Shown here: positions 1 to 11,149 of the stretch, piece by piece
Layout of the letters: the number at the start of each line of letters is the position of its first letter
Numbering within the stretch: position 1 is the stretch's first letter
Source: Octopus vulgaris
Lineage: Eukaryota
DNA length: 64,000 bases
Direction: 5' to 3'
NCBI GenBank assembly: GCA_951406725.2
Contig: OX597837.1
Location: forward strand, 10,168,001-10,232,000
Made by a program: the position numbers and the translations under genes
Notes under the pieces: generated by a model
Told to the model about the DNA's origin: nothing
Seen by the model: the letters and a program-made list of their open reading frames with translations, nothing else
The model's database searches: none

Positions 1-845
1 CTGTCTCCAGAACAATTCTAAAATCGCTTGGTAGTCTTCGGAAGTTATCAGAACATGTCGGTCTTTACTGACTCCTATCTGGTCACATTTCGATTTAAAA
101 CAAAAAAACACATCACCGCTTACCATTTTTCCAGCTTGTGCTACAGAAGTGTCCACAAGCAAAGAGTTGGAGTCATCTCTGATGCGTTTCACGGTGACCC
201 TTGCATTTCTTTGTGCCATAAATTCGGAGACAAACATCTAGGGATGTGCGTCACGCTCTAACTTATGCCTCCTTGCTTCATCCTCAATTTTAAATACGAG
301 GAATAGTTCCATATAATTTACCCTGCGAGATAGAGAAACTCCTGTTCCAGTTATGGACCAGAACTACCTCCATTTCTTCCTTTGAAGGCATAGAGAAACA
401 CCATGTAACTTCATGAATGCACAAATAGGTAACTTCCATTCTTTCTCGTGTTCCTCATATTCAGTTAAGAAGATGTTTTTAAGGTTACATAGTTCTACAA
501 AATAGTTGTCCTTTCGCGTATTCATATTCAACGGCCCTGCGGTTCAGATAGGGTTTGCAGAGGAAGCTTTCTCACTGACAGTGCTAACATCAAAAATATT
601 ACAGATTTCATTTAGCAAAATGTGTGAGAGTGTTATTGTTTTCATTACCAAACGTGTTATTAGAATTGTTCACGTTAGTGCTGTGGTCTTTGTAAAATAT
701 TTCTGTCAGTTTTCTCATTTTTGTTTGAGCTTTGTGGATTTGCGACCAGATTCACTAGTTTTGTATAGATTTAGACTGGCGGTCCCTGCAGTCATTGAGT
801 GTATGTATGCGTGTAAACAAATGAGAAAAAAATTTGTTTTTCCTC

Positions 846-902
846 TCAAAACAGACCTTTCTTCCGACGGAACACAAACAGTCCAGACTGGTCATAGACT
901 AC
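846..902 (-). CDS. candidate terminal coding exon (VVYDQSGLFVFRRKKGLF*) of an unidentified minus-strand gene; 1-845 would be 3' UTR
   Basis: Minus-strand acceptor ttttaaatttatcttttttatgcag| at 903. The phase-0 frame is open for 18 codons to TGA (846-848). It is followed by about 850 bp of unique, repeat-free sequence. No homology recognised. Confidence 0.25.
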   Translation of the reverse strand, partial: VVYDQSGLFVFRRKKGLF

Positions 903-1082
903 CTGCATAAAAAAGATAAATTTAAAATTTACAAAATATTATTTCTTCGTTGCAGATTTATTTAATAAAATCCATAATTTCTGGAATGATATGAAAAAAA
1001 TCAAAACCACAACTGAACAAATCAGTACTCAGCATTAACAATCAATTCTTTATTCATCACAAGAGTAACAGAAATACAAGAA

Positions 1083-1550
1083 CATCCTCATCATCATCAT
1101 CATCGTCATCATCATCGTTTAACGTCCGCTTTCCATGCTAGCATGGGTTGGACGATTTGACTGAGGTCTGGAGAACCAGATGGCTGCACCAGAATCCAAT
1201 CTTGATCTGGCAGAGTTTCTACAGGCTGGATGCCCTTCCTAACGCCAACCACTCTGAGAGTGTAGTGGGTGCTTTTACATGCCACCAGCACGAGGGCGGT
1301 ACTGGTAGCGGCCACGCTGAAATCGGGCCTTTTATGTGCCACCTGCACAGGAGCCAGTCCAGCGGCACTGGCAAAGATCTCGTTTGAATGTTTTTACACG
1401 TGCCACCTGCACAAGTGCCAGCCAGTAAGGCGATGCTGGTAACGATCACACTCAAATGGTGCTTTTCTGCATGCCATTGGCACGGAGGCCAGTTAGCCGC
1501 TCTGGCAACGATCACGCTCATATGGTACTCTTAGCGCTCCACTAGCATGG
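1083..1550 (-). mobile_element. SINE-like element with RTE-type tail and internal ~60-nt hairpin repeats (family D here)
   Basis: The minus strand ends GGAAAGCGGACGTTAAACGATGATGATG and contains GGTTGGCGTTAGGAAGGGCATCCAGC. Same family at 51170-51604 and 60235-60695. Confidence 0.75.
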
Positions 1551-1751
1551 ATGCCAATAATACAGAGAAAACAATTACAGACTCATTCATTCATTTTTAC
1601 GTTCGTTTTTCTATGCCAGCATGGGTTGGACGAATATGCTATTTAGGGTATAGTTTCATAACCGCACACCTTTCCTGACGCTAACCTTTATGGTTGTACG
1701 TAAATAGTCAAAGTACAAAATTACAATATAAACCTTCGAATGCATAAATGA

Positions 1752-1797
<46 letters not shown>

Positions 1798-1915
1798 TGT
1801 GTCGCTTATACAGTCCGTGTGCAATTTCAAATTTCCCATTTTATGTAACTTCATATCTTTCCTTAATTTTCTTATACATCGCTCTACCCAACAAAAGGCC
1901 ACCTTACCAAATATG

Positions 1916-1955
<40 letters not shown>

Positions 1956-2044
1956 CACTTCAAAACCAAACTAAAATACAGTCTGATGACGGCTACTAAT
2001 ACGAGACTTTGAAGTCACTGTCAACCTTTTGCTAAGAATAAATG

Positions 2045-2310
2045 TTATGTGTGTTGCGTGTGTATTGTATGTATATGTTTGTGTATATATATACATGTGT
2101 GTGTGTGTATTTATGTCTATATATGTATGTGTGTGTGTATGTATGTATGTATGAATGTATGTGTGTATGTATGTATGTGTGTATGTATGTATGTATGTAT
2201 GTATGTATGTATGTATGTATGTATGTATGTATGTATGTATGTGTATGTATGTATGTATGTATGTATGTGTGTATGTATGTATGTATGAATGTATGTGTGT
2301 ATGTATGTGT
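2045..2310. repeat. (TATG)n/(TG)n microsatellite
   Basis: Direct inspection. Confidence 0.95.
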
Positions 2311-2617
2311 CCAACCCATGCCAACATGGGAAATGGACATTAAATTATGATGATGATGATGATGATGATATACGTATATGTGCTACTTCTGCTGCTGCTG
2401 CTGTTGTTGTTGTTGTTAGAAGAGGAAGTGCACAACGCTAATGATATTCACATTTTTGAAAGGGCCATGTGTGTGTATATGTATGTGTGTATGTGTGTGA
2501 GTGTATGTGTGTGTATATGTGTGTGCGTGTGTGTCTATGTATGCATATGTTAACATACACATCCACACATACATGTATGTGTGTGTATATATATAAGATA
2601 TAAAGACAAATATATAA

Positions 2618-2671
<54 letters not shown>

Positions 2672-3005
2672 CGCCTGTAGGTATATAATTACATATACTT
2701 ACATATACGTGAGTGCGTGTGCACGTATGTCGTCGGTGTATGTAAACAAGCCTGAATTAAATTTCTTGTTCTACTATTTAACGCATAAAACCTATTAAAT
2801 ACCAAACCCCAAAATTCCATGAATTCAAATCATTTAACTTTTCTTTTTTACTCACCATTATTTCTTAAAATTCGACGGCTTCGCTTTCCTTAGACTTCGC
2901 ACTGTTTGTTTTGATGATGCAGTGTCATGGAAACGGCGAGTCTACTATACAAGAACGGTAACTCTAATTATAATAATTTTACAGTTATTTCCCTTGGAAA
3001 ACTAA

Positions 3006-3408
3006 TCTCTCTCTATATATATAAAGCTATTATATAAAGCTATATATATAAAGCTGAAGTTGTCTGTGCATGGCAGGTTTGGTAGCCTTCAACTAACACT
3101 ATCTCCTCCGAGACCCTGTGGCGCAGGTTGACCAAAATTGAGAGTATGATAGAAAAAGGCTTGCTCTTCTTCCTTCGGACCATGTTAACACCAAAAATTA
3201 TTTACATCAAAACGGTGCTTTTTTCCTATGAAAATATCTATTTTCTACGATTTTTTGACTGGTGTGTCGCCATTTTCGGTGTATTTCAACCAGGAAAATG
3301 TTCCTTTAAAGAGAATAACAAGCTACATAATGCAAAATTTTAACTTTTCAAAAATTCCAGTTCTAAAGGGTCGGAACAAACCCAAGCAACGCCGGGCGAT
3401 ACTGCTAG
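3006..3408 (+). mobile_element. non-autonomous Helitron
   Basis: 5' TC (TCTCTCTCTATATATATAAAGC), subterminal imperfect hairpin CCCAAGCAACGCCGGG at 3381-3396, and 3' CTAG (3405-3408). Inserted between A3005 and T3409 with no TSD. Confidence 0.75.
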
Positions 3409-3663
3409 TATAATATAAATGGATTTTCTTAGTCCACAAATACAAAAGAGAAACTAATAGACTGACACAACTATTAAAGCGTTGGTACATTCATCTTAGG
3501 TTTATGTTACGGCGACCTGTTCTGAGTTCAAACCCCACTATGATCACCTTTTCTTTTTTATTTTGCTGCAGTCGATAAAATAAGGGACCAGCTAAGTTTG
3601 ATTCAACCGACTTTAAAGTTTAAATAAATTTTCCAGGATCATAAGATATTCGTTAGTCATCTT

Positions 3664-4032
3664 GCCGGGCGAAATGCTTACCGATATTTCGTCTGCCGCT
3701 ACGTTCTGAGTTCAAATTCCGCCGAGGTCGACTTTGCCTTTCATCCTTTCGGGGTCGATAAATTAAGTACCAGTTACGCACTGGGTCGACATAATCGACT
3801 TAATCCGTTTGTCTGTCCTTATTTGTCCTCTCTGCGTTTAGTCCCTTGTGGGCAGTAAAGTAATAGGTATTTCGTATGTCTTTAGGTTTTGAGTTCAATT
3901 TCCGCCGAGCTCGACTTTGCATTTCATCCTTTCGGGGTCGATAAATTAAGTACCAGTTGCGTACTGAAGTCGATCTAATCGACTGACCCCGCCCCAAAAA
4001 TTTCGTGCCTTGTGCCTAAAGTAGAAAAGAAT
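3664..4032 (+). mobile_element. tRNA-derived SINE family C, 2-unit concatemer
   Basis: B-box GAGTTCAAATTC and central GCCTTTCATCCTTTCGGGGTCGATAAATTAAGTACCAG (Meta-domain-like) occur twice. Confidence 0.85.
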
Positions 4033-4104
4033 CGTTTCCGCGCCGGATTAAATGCTCAGTAGTATTTCGTCCATCTTTACCTTCTGAGTTCAAAAATTCC
4101 ACCG

Positions 4105-4692
4105 GGGTCGGGGGGAGGGCAGTCGATTAGATCGACTTCAGTACTCAACTGGTACTTAATTTATCGACCCCGAAAAAACAAAAGGCAAAGTCGACTTCGG
4201 CGGAATTTGAACACAGAATGTAAAGACAGACGAAAAACCTATTTCTTTACTACCCACAAGGGGCTAAACATAAAGAGGACACACAAGGACAGACAAACGG
4301 ATTAAGTCGATTACATCGACCCCAGTGCGTAACTGGTACTTAATTTATCGACCCCGAAAGGATGAAAGGCAAAGTCGACCTCGGCGGAATTTGAACTCAG
4401 AACGTAACGTAACGACAGACGAAATATTGCTAAGCATTTCGCCCGGCTTACTAAGGTTTCTTATTTCTTTATTGCCCACAAGGGGCTAGACATAGAGGGG
4501 ACAAACAAGGACAAACAAAGGGATTAAATCGATTACATCGACCCCAATGCGTAACTGGTACTTAATTTCTCGACCCCGAAAGGATCAAAGGCAAAGTCGA
4601 CCTCGGCGGAATTTGAACTCAGGACGTAACGACAGACGAAATGCCGCTGAGCATTTCGCCCGGCATGCTAACGAATCTGCCAGCTCGCCGCC
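4105..4692 (-). mobile_element. SINE family C, 3-unit concatemer
   Basis: Three GTCGACCTCGGCGGAATTTGAAC bodies (about 4190, 4374, 4596). Head GGCGGCGAGCTGGCAGA at the right end on the minus strand. Confidence 0.85.
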
Positions 4693-4781
4693 TTGTTCCT
4701 ATAATATAAAGAATTTCACATTGAAGAGTTGGCTGGGTCGTTAGCACACCAGGCAAAATCCTTATCGGCATTTCGCCTGTA

Positions 4782-5346
4782 CAGTCATCCCTCGCCATAT
4801 CGCGGTTCACCTATCGCCATTTATTAGGTGGGTGAATGTCGCAAGAATGGCCAGTATGAACGGACCAATTCTGAGGATACATCTGTGAAAAATTAAAAGG
4901 AAATATAAAAGGAGAAAGGGGCTCTCTACCCCGCTTTTGACCAGGCTCCCGTGGCTTTTATGGGTTTTTCCACAAGTAAACCTTTCGAAGCGCCTCCCCC
5001 TATTGGGAGTTTTAATTGTTACTTATTTTTCATTGTCATCCTACTGTTGTACAGGGACTTTTTTCAAACGGACAAAACCCTTTGTAACTTTCGTCCTGTG
5101 TTTTGTCCCTTTATGTTTTAATTGATTTTTGTTAGCCCTTGTGGCCAATAAACGAACGAATTATTTAAGCTTACGTTGATTCCTCCGTAGTGTTGTTTTG
5201 TATTTATAATAAAATAAATATATACAAATTACAAAAATAATAATAAAATAATACAGTGCAGTATTGTTTCTACTTCGCGGATTTTCCCCTATCGCGGGTG
5301 GGGAGGGGTTTGGGACGTAACACCCGCGATAGTCGAGGGATTACTG
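4782..5346. mobile_element. Tc1/mariner-pogo (Tigger-like) MITE, interrupted by a LINE 3' fragment
   Basis: TIRs CAGTCATCCCTCGCCATATCGCGG and CCGCGATAGTCGAGGGATTACTG, with TA on both sides (4780-4781, 5347-5348). Confidence 0.75.
4826..5160 (+). mobile_element. 3' end of an L1/Tx1-like LINE (ORF2 C-terminus RWVNVARMASMNGPILRIHL* plus 3' UTR)
   Basis: Frame 4826-4888 resembles the KRW..VA end of the 45.5-kb fragment. The T-rich 3' UTR ends CCAATAAAC. Nested in the MITE. Confidence 0.5.
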
Positions 5347-5667
5347 TATATATATACATCTTTGAGTTCAAATTCCATCGAGTTCTACTTTACCTTTCAG
5401 TCTTTCCGATGCCGATAAAATAAATACCAGTTAAACACTTGGGTCGATGTAATCGACTACCCCCCAACCACCACCACCACCACCGCCACCCAACACACAC
5501 AAACTTTCAAGCCTTGTACCTATCGTAGGGAGGATTATTAAATGTATGTTTCTATCAACTCGTCCTATTGGTTCGTGAATTATCCAATCAACGAAAGGAT
5601 TTTGAGAATTCTGGGAATGACATTTTGCGCGTGAAGAGACAACGGTGAAGTACTAAGAACAATAATC

Positions 5668-6240
5668 TTTTTTACTCTAGGCACAAGGCCCGAAATTTTG
5701 GGGGAGGGGCCAGTCGTTAGATCAACCCTAGTACGCGACATGTACTTAATTTATCGACCCCGAAAGGATGAAAGGCAAAGTTGACCTCGGCGGAATTTGA
5801 ACTCAGAACGTAATGACAGAGAAAACACCTATTTCTTTACTACCCACAAGGGGCTAAATACAGAGAGGACAAACAAGGACAGACACACGGATTAAGTCGA
5901 TTATATGGACCTCAGTGCGTAACTGGTACTTATTTAATTGACCCTGAAAGGATGAAAGGCAAAGTCGACCTCGGCGGAATTTGAACTCACAATGTTATGA
6001 CTGAGAAAATACCTATTTCTTTACTACCCACAAGTGGCTAAATACAGAGAGGACAAACAAGGACAGACAAACGGATTAAGTCGATTACATCGACCCCAGT
6101 GCGTAACTGGTACTTAATTTATCTACCCTGAAAGGATGAAAGGCAAAGTCGACCTCGGCGGAATTTGAACTCACAACGTAACGCTAAGCGTTTTGCCTGG
6201 CGTGCCTTTTTTTTTTTTTTTTGCAAACTTGCTGCCTTCC
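5668..6240 (-). mobile_element. SINE family C, 3-unit concatemer
   Basis: Three bodies at about 5780, 5964 and 6148 with ~185-bp period. Confidence 0.85.
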
Positions 6241-6855
6241 ACTAAGAACAGTATTGGCACAATACGTATGAAATCAGGCAGGAATCACAAGAAGAACACT
6301 AGAACAGTAAGTCCCAAGAATCTTTTTAATGTACATGATATTATTTTCTAACAAAACCACCGGTTCTGTATACCAATCTTTTTTTAGAGTGGGGTGCTAA
6401 TTTTTTGTTGTTGCAGCCATTATTATTTATCTCCGAAGATATACCGTATATAAATTGTTTCAAAAAAAAAAAAAAAGCTACCCTGGTCCAATATGTAAAG
6501 TTAGGTTTCCCTATAAACTAATTTGGAGCAGAGATAAAGAATGCGTACACCACCCGTTTTCTGTGTAACGAAAACCCTAACTCAAAATACCGGGTCTGCG
6601 TATTTTTTACTTTCGCCCTCATTTTGTCCCTAACACTCGCTTTTTTCTTGAATGTGTGCTTCCAAGACTGTCATGCGAAATGTTTCTGTACGGCTTTTGT
6701 CCCATCATACGATAATAGTCTTAAAAGCATCCAGTTTCTTATATTTATTTAGGAGAGAGGTGGGGAAAAAAATCAACAGGTTTAGAATATTCTTCATTCG
6801 TGAAGTAATCAAAATTTTAAAGGAAACTAAAATAATTCTTCATTTACGTTAATAC

Positions 6856-7573
6856 TTTTCTACTCTAAGCACAAGGCCCGAAATTTAGGGGGAAGGGGAC
6901 CAGTCGATTAGATCGACCCCATTACGCAACTGGTACTTAATTTATCGACCCCGAAAGGATGAAAGACAAAGTCGACCTCGGCGGAATTTGAACTCCGAAC
7001 GTAACGGCAGACGAACTACCTGTTTCTTTACTACCCACAAGAAGCTAAACACAGAGGACAAACAAGGACAGACAAACGGATTAAGTCGATTATATCGACC
7101 CAATTACGCAACTGGTACTTAATTTATCGACCCCGAAAGGATGAAAGACAAAGTCGACCTCGGCGGAATTTGAACTCCGAACGTAACGGCAGACGAAATA
7201 CCTGTTTCTTTACTACCCACAAGAAGCTAAACACAGAGGACAAACAAGGACAGACAAATGGATTAAGTCGATTATATCGACCCCAGTGCGTGACCGGTAC
7301 TTATTTAATCGACCCCGAAAGGATGAAAGGCAAATTCGACCTTGGCGGAATTTGAACTCAGAACCGTAACGGCAGACGAAATACCTATTTCTTTACTACC
7401 CAGAGGACAAACAAGGACAGACAAAGGGATTAAGTCGATTATATGGACCCCAGTGCGTAATGATTCTTATTTAATCGAGCCCGGAAGGATGAAAGGCAAA
7501 GTCGACCTCGGCGGAATTTGAACTCAGAACGTAACGGTAGACGAAATACGGCTAAGCATTTCGCCCGGCGTGC
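6856..7573 (-). mobile_element. SINE family C, 4-unit concatemer
   Basis: Four bodies at about 6971, 7153, 7336 and 7501, with near-identical junctions (GACGAAATACCTRTTTCTTTACTACCC). Confidence 0.85.
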
Positions 7574-8271
7574 AAAATTTAAACACGAAACCTGAAACAC
7601 CGAAATGGCTACAATAATACACTTCGTCCGACTTGCTAGCAATTCCAATTTATCACCTTAGGCGAGTATTTTGGTTTCATTGATTTTCAGCCAATTCGGC
7701 GAAAGATTGTGAAATATTGACTAAGCCGCGATTTGAACTCGGACCGCGAAATGACGAATCAAATAACGGGAATTATTCTCTCTGACATTCTAATGCAAGG
7801 ATTTTCGATCTTTTTTTTTCTTTTTTAACTTTCTTATCCACTAAAGACCTAAAAAAACCATTAAAAATTATGGCAAAGTAGGTTTTTTAAAAGAATATGT
7901 TAAAGGTTAAAAAAAGAAATTAGAAAAAGAAAAGTAAACCATTACAATTATTGCAAATATTAATTTTTTAATTAATATTTTTGGAAAAGGCAGCTGATAA
8001 AGTCAGACAAAATGCTTAATGTTATTTCTTTAGGATCTTTACATTCTGGGTTCAAATTCTGTCGAGCTTGACTTTACCTTCAGCACATAAAGCGCGACGG
8101 GCCACGATCGTGGCGGTCAGGCACAGGTCGACAGGCCACGATCGTGGCCCAGATAGATGCATTTAATTTATGGGTGTTTGTTGGGGTCTAATGTCACTCA
8201 CGCTCTGATACCCCAATACCACCACTCCCACCGGAATGCAAGAGGACTAAATAGTTCGACTAATGACTTTT

Positions 8272-8532
8272 CAGAACGTAGCGTCAGACGAAATACCTAT
8301 TTCTTTACTACCCACATGGGGATAAACACAGAAGGGACAAACAAGGACAGACAAAAGGATTAAGTCGATTACATCAACCCCAGTGCGTAACTGGTACTTA
8401 ATTTATCAACCCCGAAAGGATGAAAGGCAAAGTCAACCTCGGCGGAATTTGAACTCAGAACCGTAACGGCAGAAAAAATACGGCTACGCATTTCGCCCGG
8501 CGTGCTAACATTTCTGCCAGCTCACCGCCTTA
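8272..8532 (-). mobile_element. SINE family C copy with a partial second unit
   Basis: Full head, body and tail, then the same junction at about 8288-8315. Confidence 0.8.
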
Positions 8533-9199
8533 AAGGTGGTTAGGATATTGAATTCATGATCGTACGATTGTGGTTTCGATTCCTGAACTGGCTCATGTGT
8601 TGTGTTCGTGAGCAAAACACTTCATTTCACGCTGCTCCGGTCCACCCGGCGTCCGCAAAACCAGCCCTATGTTCCTCGAAGGATTGATGTGGACTAATCG
8701 TAACAAAAATTAAGCATGACATGTTTTACAAGATGGCCAGTTATTTCTATGGATTTTCCAAATACTGTAAGATTTTCGGAAACAACACTTATTCTTAGAA
8801 AGAAACCCAGACTCAAGGTGTATGGCCCAAACGAATATGACCTCTACTAGGATATTTTTCTGTGACTGGCATGAGTGATATGTCCCTATGGTTGTCACAC
8901 TGTTGGATATTTCCTTTTCTTTAATAGAGGTGTACAATGTCTTTCATTTCTTGTGGAATTATTTCGTGCTCCCAATTTATAGTAAATAGGACGAGTAGTA
9001 TTTCCTGTATTTTCCGTCCATAATGTTTATGGACCTCAGCAAGAAATATATGTATATATACTCAATTTAAATACATATATAGTGAAAGTATTAATAGTGA
9101 AACTATTAAAACTGAAACTATTATATCACATGACAATAGAGATGTTATTTTTTCACTTTGGACACGTAATACCGAAACAGTCATAGAGATTGCACCGGG

Positions 9200-9350
9200 C
9201 TCGCATTAGGCAAGAAGTCCATGACACTCCTTGGACTCCTTGAAGTAGTGTATATGTAAAATTTGAATGAAATCGGTTCGGTAGTTCTCGAGTTTTAGTG
9301 ATCCACACAGACAGACGCACATTCTCTCTCTATGCATGTATATATATATA
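9200..9350 (-). mobile_element. Helitron-like 5' fragment
   Basis: The minus strand reads AGAGAGAGAATGTGCGTCTGTCTGTGTGGATCACTAAAACTCGAGAACTACCGAACCGATTTCATTCAAATTT, typical of non-autonomous Helitron 5' regions. The 3' CTAG end was not found. Confidence 0.4.
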
Positions 9351-9773
9351 TATTGTTGTATTTAGGAATGGTCATTTTGCCAGTTTAGCCAGTAAAAACA
9401 CACGCACTATATATTTGGTGTTACTTTGCTTTAGCGTTATTTATTTTTTACATTAATCTTAATCTTATTTCGGCCAGAGTTCTTACGTCACACTCCTGTG
9501 ACCGCATCAGTGGTCCTTTGCTTTCTTCTTTCTTATTTGTGTGTCTCTCCTTACTAACGGTCAGCCATTTTGTATGTTGTATTTCTATTGTATGCGTCTT
9601 CATTTGCGCATGCGTATACCTCTGTTTAGTTAGTGGGGGGGAAGTGCCTGTAATATTTGTATCTTCTGTTTATATACGTTCGTGTAATTTGTTTTTGCTT
9701 ATTTTTATTTTGTTCATGTGTTTACACCTACTTATTATTATTATGTATGCATAATAATAAATGTATGTATGTG

Positions 9774-9842
<69 letters not shown>

Positions 9843-10002
9843 ATATATATATATATATATATGTGAACCATCTCCGCTTAAAGGCTGTCATAAATTCAGG
9901 TTCGCTGTTCTCCCTTCTCGGCGCAGGCTCTCAGTGTCTCAACATTGGGACCCCTTCGATGGCTCACCCTCTATCATCGTCTGCTTGTCGTCTGTTATAT
10001 TG

Positions 10003-10220
10003 CGAGCTGGCAGAAACGTTAGCAGGCCGGGCGAAATGCTTGGCGGTATTTCGTCTGCCGTTACGTTCTGAGTTCAAACTCCGCCGAGGTCGACTTTGCC
10101 TTTCATCCTTTCGGGGTCGATTAAATAAGTACCAGTTACGCACTGGGGTCGATATAATCGACTTAATCCGTTTGTCTGTCCTTGTTTGTCCTCTCTATGT
10201 TTAGCCCCTTGTGGGTAATA
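10003..10220 (+). mobile_element. SINE family C monomer
   Basis: A-box TGGCAGAAACGTTAG, B-box GAGTTCAAACTC, body and tail present. Confidence 0.85.
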
Positions 10221-11094
10221 AATATATATATATATTGCCGCGCCTTACAACTATTCCTCACAATGCGATCAAACGCATAGGAGCTGGCAACTTCACCACC
10301 CAGATAATAGCGACATTTTCTTTTTTCATGTAGCTTTTGTTGTGATTGAAACCAACCATAAATGGATGTCTGTGGCCGCTTTTTGTTTACGTCTCGTTGT
10401 GTTTGTACTGAAGTACTCCTACTTCTCACAGATAGGTTATTTTTTTGTCTATTTTTTTGCACAGTCATCACCGTCAAAAATTTCTCACGGTTGTCGTAAA
10501 TCAGTGTTTTTCTGGGTTTTTTTTTAATTTTCCATGTTAACTTTTTATCGTTCGGCAAACATTCCATCCGCGCCCATCCCTCATTTCTTAGACCAATGTA
10601 CCTACCTTTCCTTATCACAAAACATTAACATGGTAAGGTGGGATTTACATACGATTTGGTATTCTCCAAGGACATACTCTTGATCTTTTACCTGTTTCAG
10701 TCATTAGACTACGGCCATGCTGGGGCACGACCTTGAAGAATTTTTAATCGAATGTATCGATCGAAGTTCTTATTGCCGAACCACGAAGTTATGGCAACAA
10801 ACTCAACAGCCCCGGTTGTCAAAAGGTGGGGGCGAACACACACACACACACACACATAAATATAAAAATATATATATACATACACACACACACACACGCA
10901 CGCACGGTGCAATGTGTAAATTGTCGCCGTTTTATATTTTTAATTTTGTCGACTACATTGGGCACTGTCTAGGAGAAAACTATCACCATGACACCGCCAG
11001 AAATTTGGAAACTTGATGATGCACTGGTGTTTGGGTGGCAATCTAAGGACATGTACCGAGAGTGGTAAAAATCAAACATCCAGTCAGCATCACT

Positions 11095-11149
<55 letters not shown>

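Noticed and set aside
506-910. 134-aa plus-strand ORF
   Set aside because: No recognisable motif, a non-ATG start and no flanking splice support; the only clear splice signal here is on the minus strand.
1983-2030. CTGATGA next to a TA tract as a hammerhead or box D
   Set aside because: No downstream GAAA with stem III and stem I pairing; at most a truncated relic.
5668-7573. CRISPR-like regularly spaced repeats
   Set aside because: Units are ~185-bp whole-SINE repeats without unique spacers, the context is eukaryotic, and there are no cas genes.
8710-8937. 75-aa minus ORF as an exon or transposase piece
   Set aside because: No convincing motif or splice pair in any frame.
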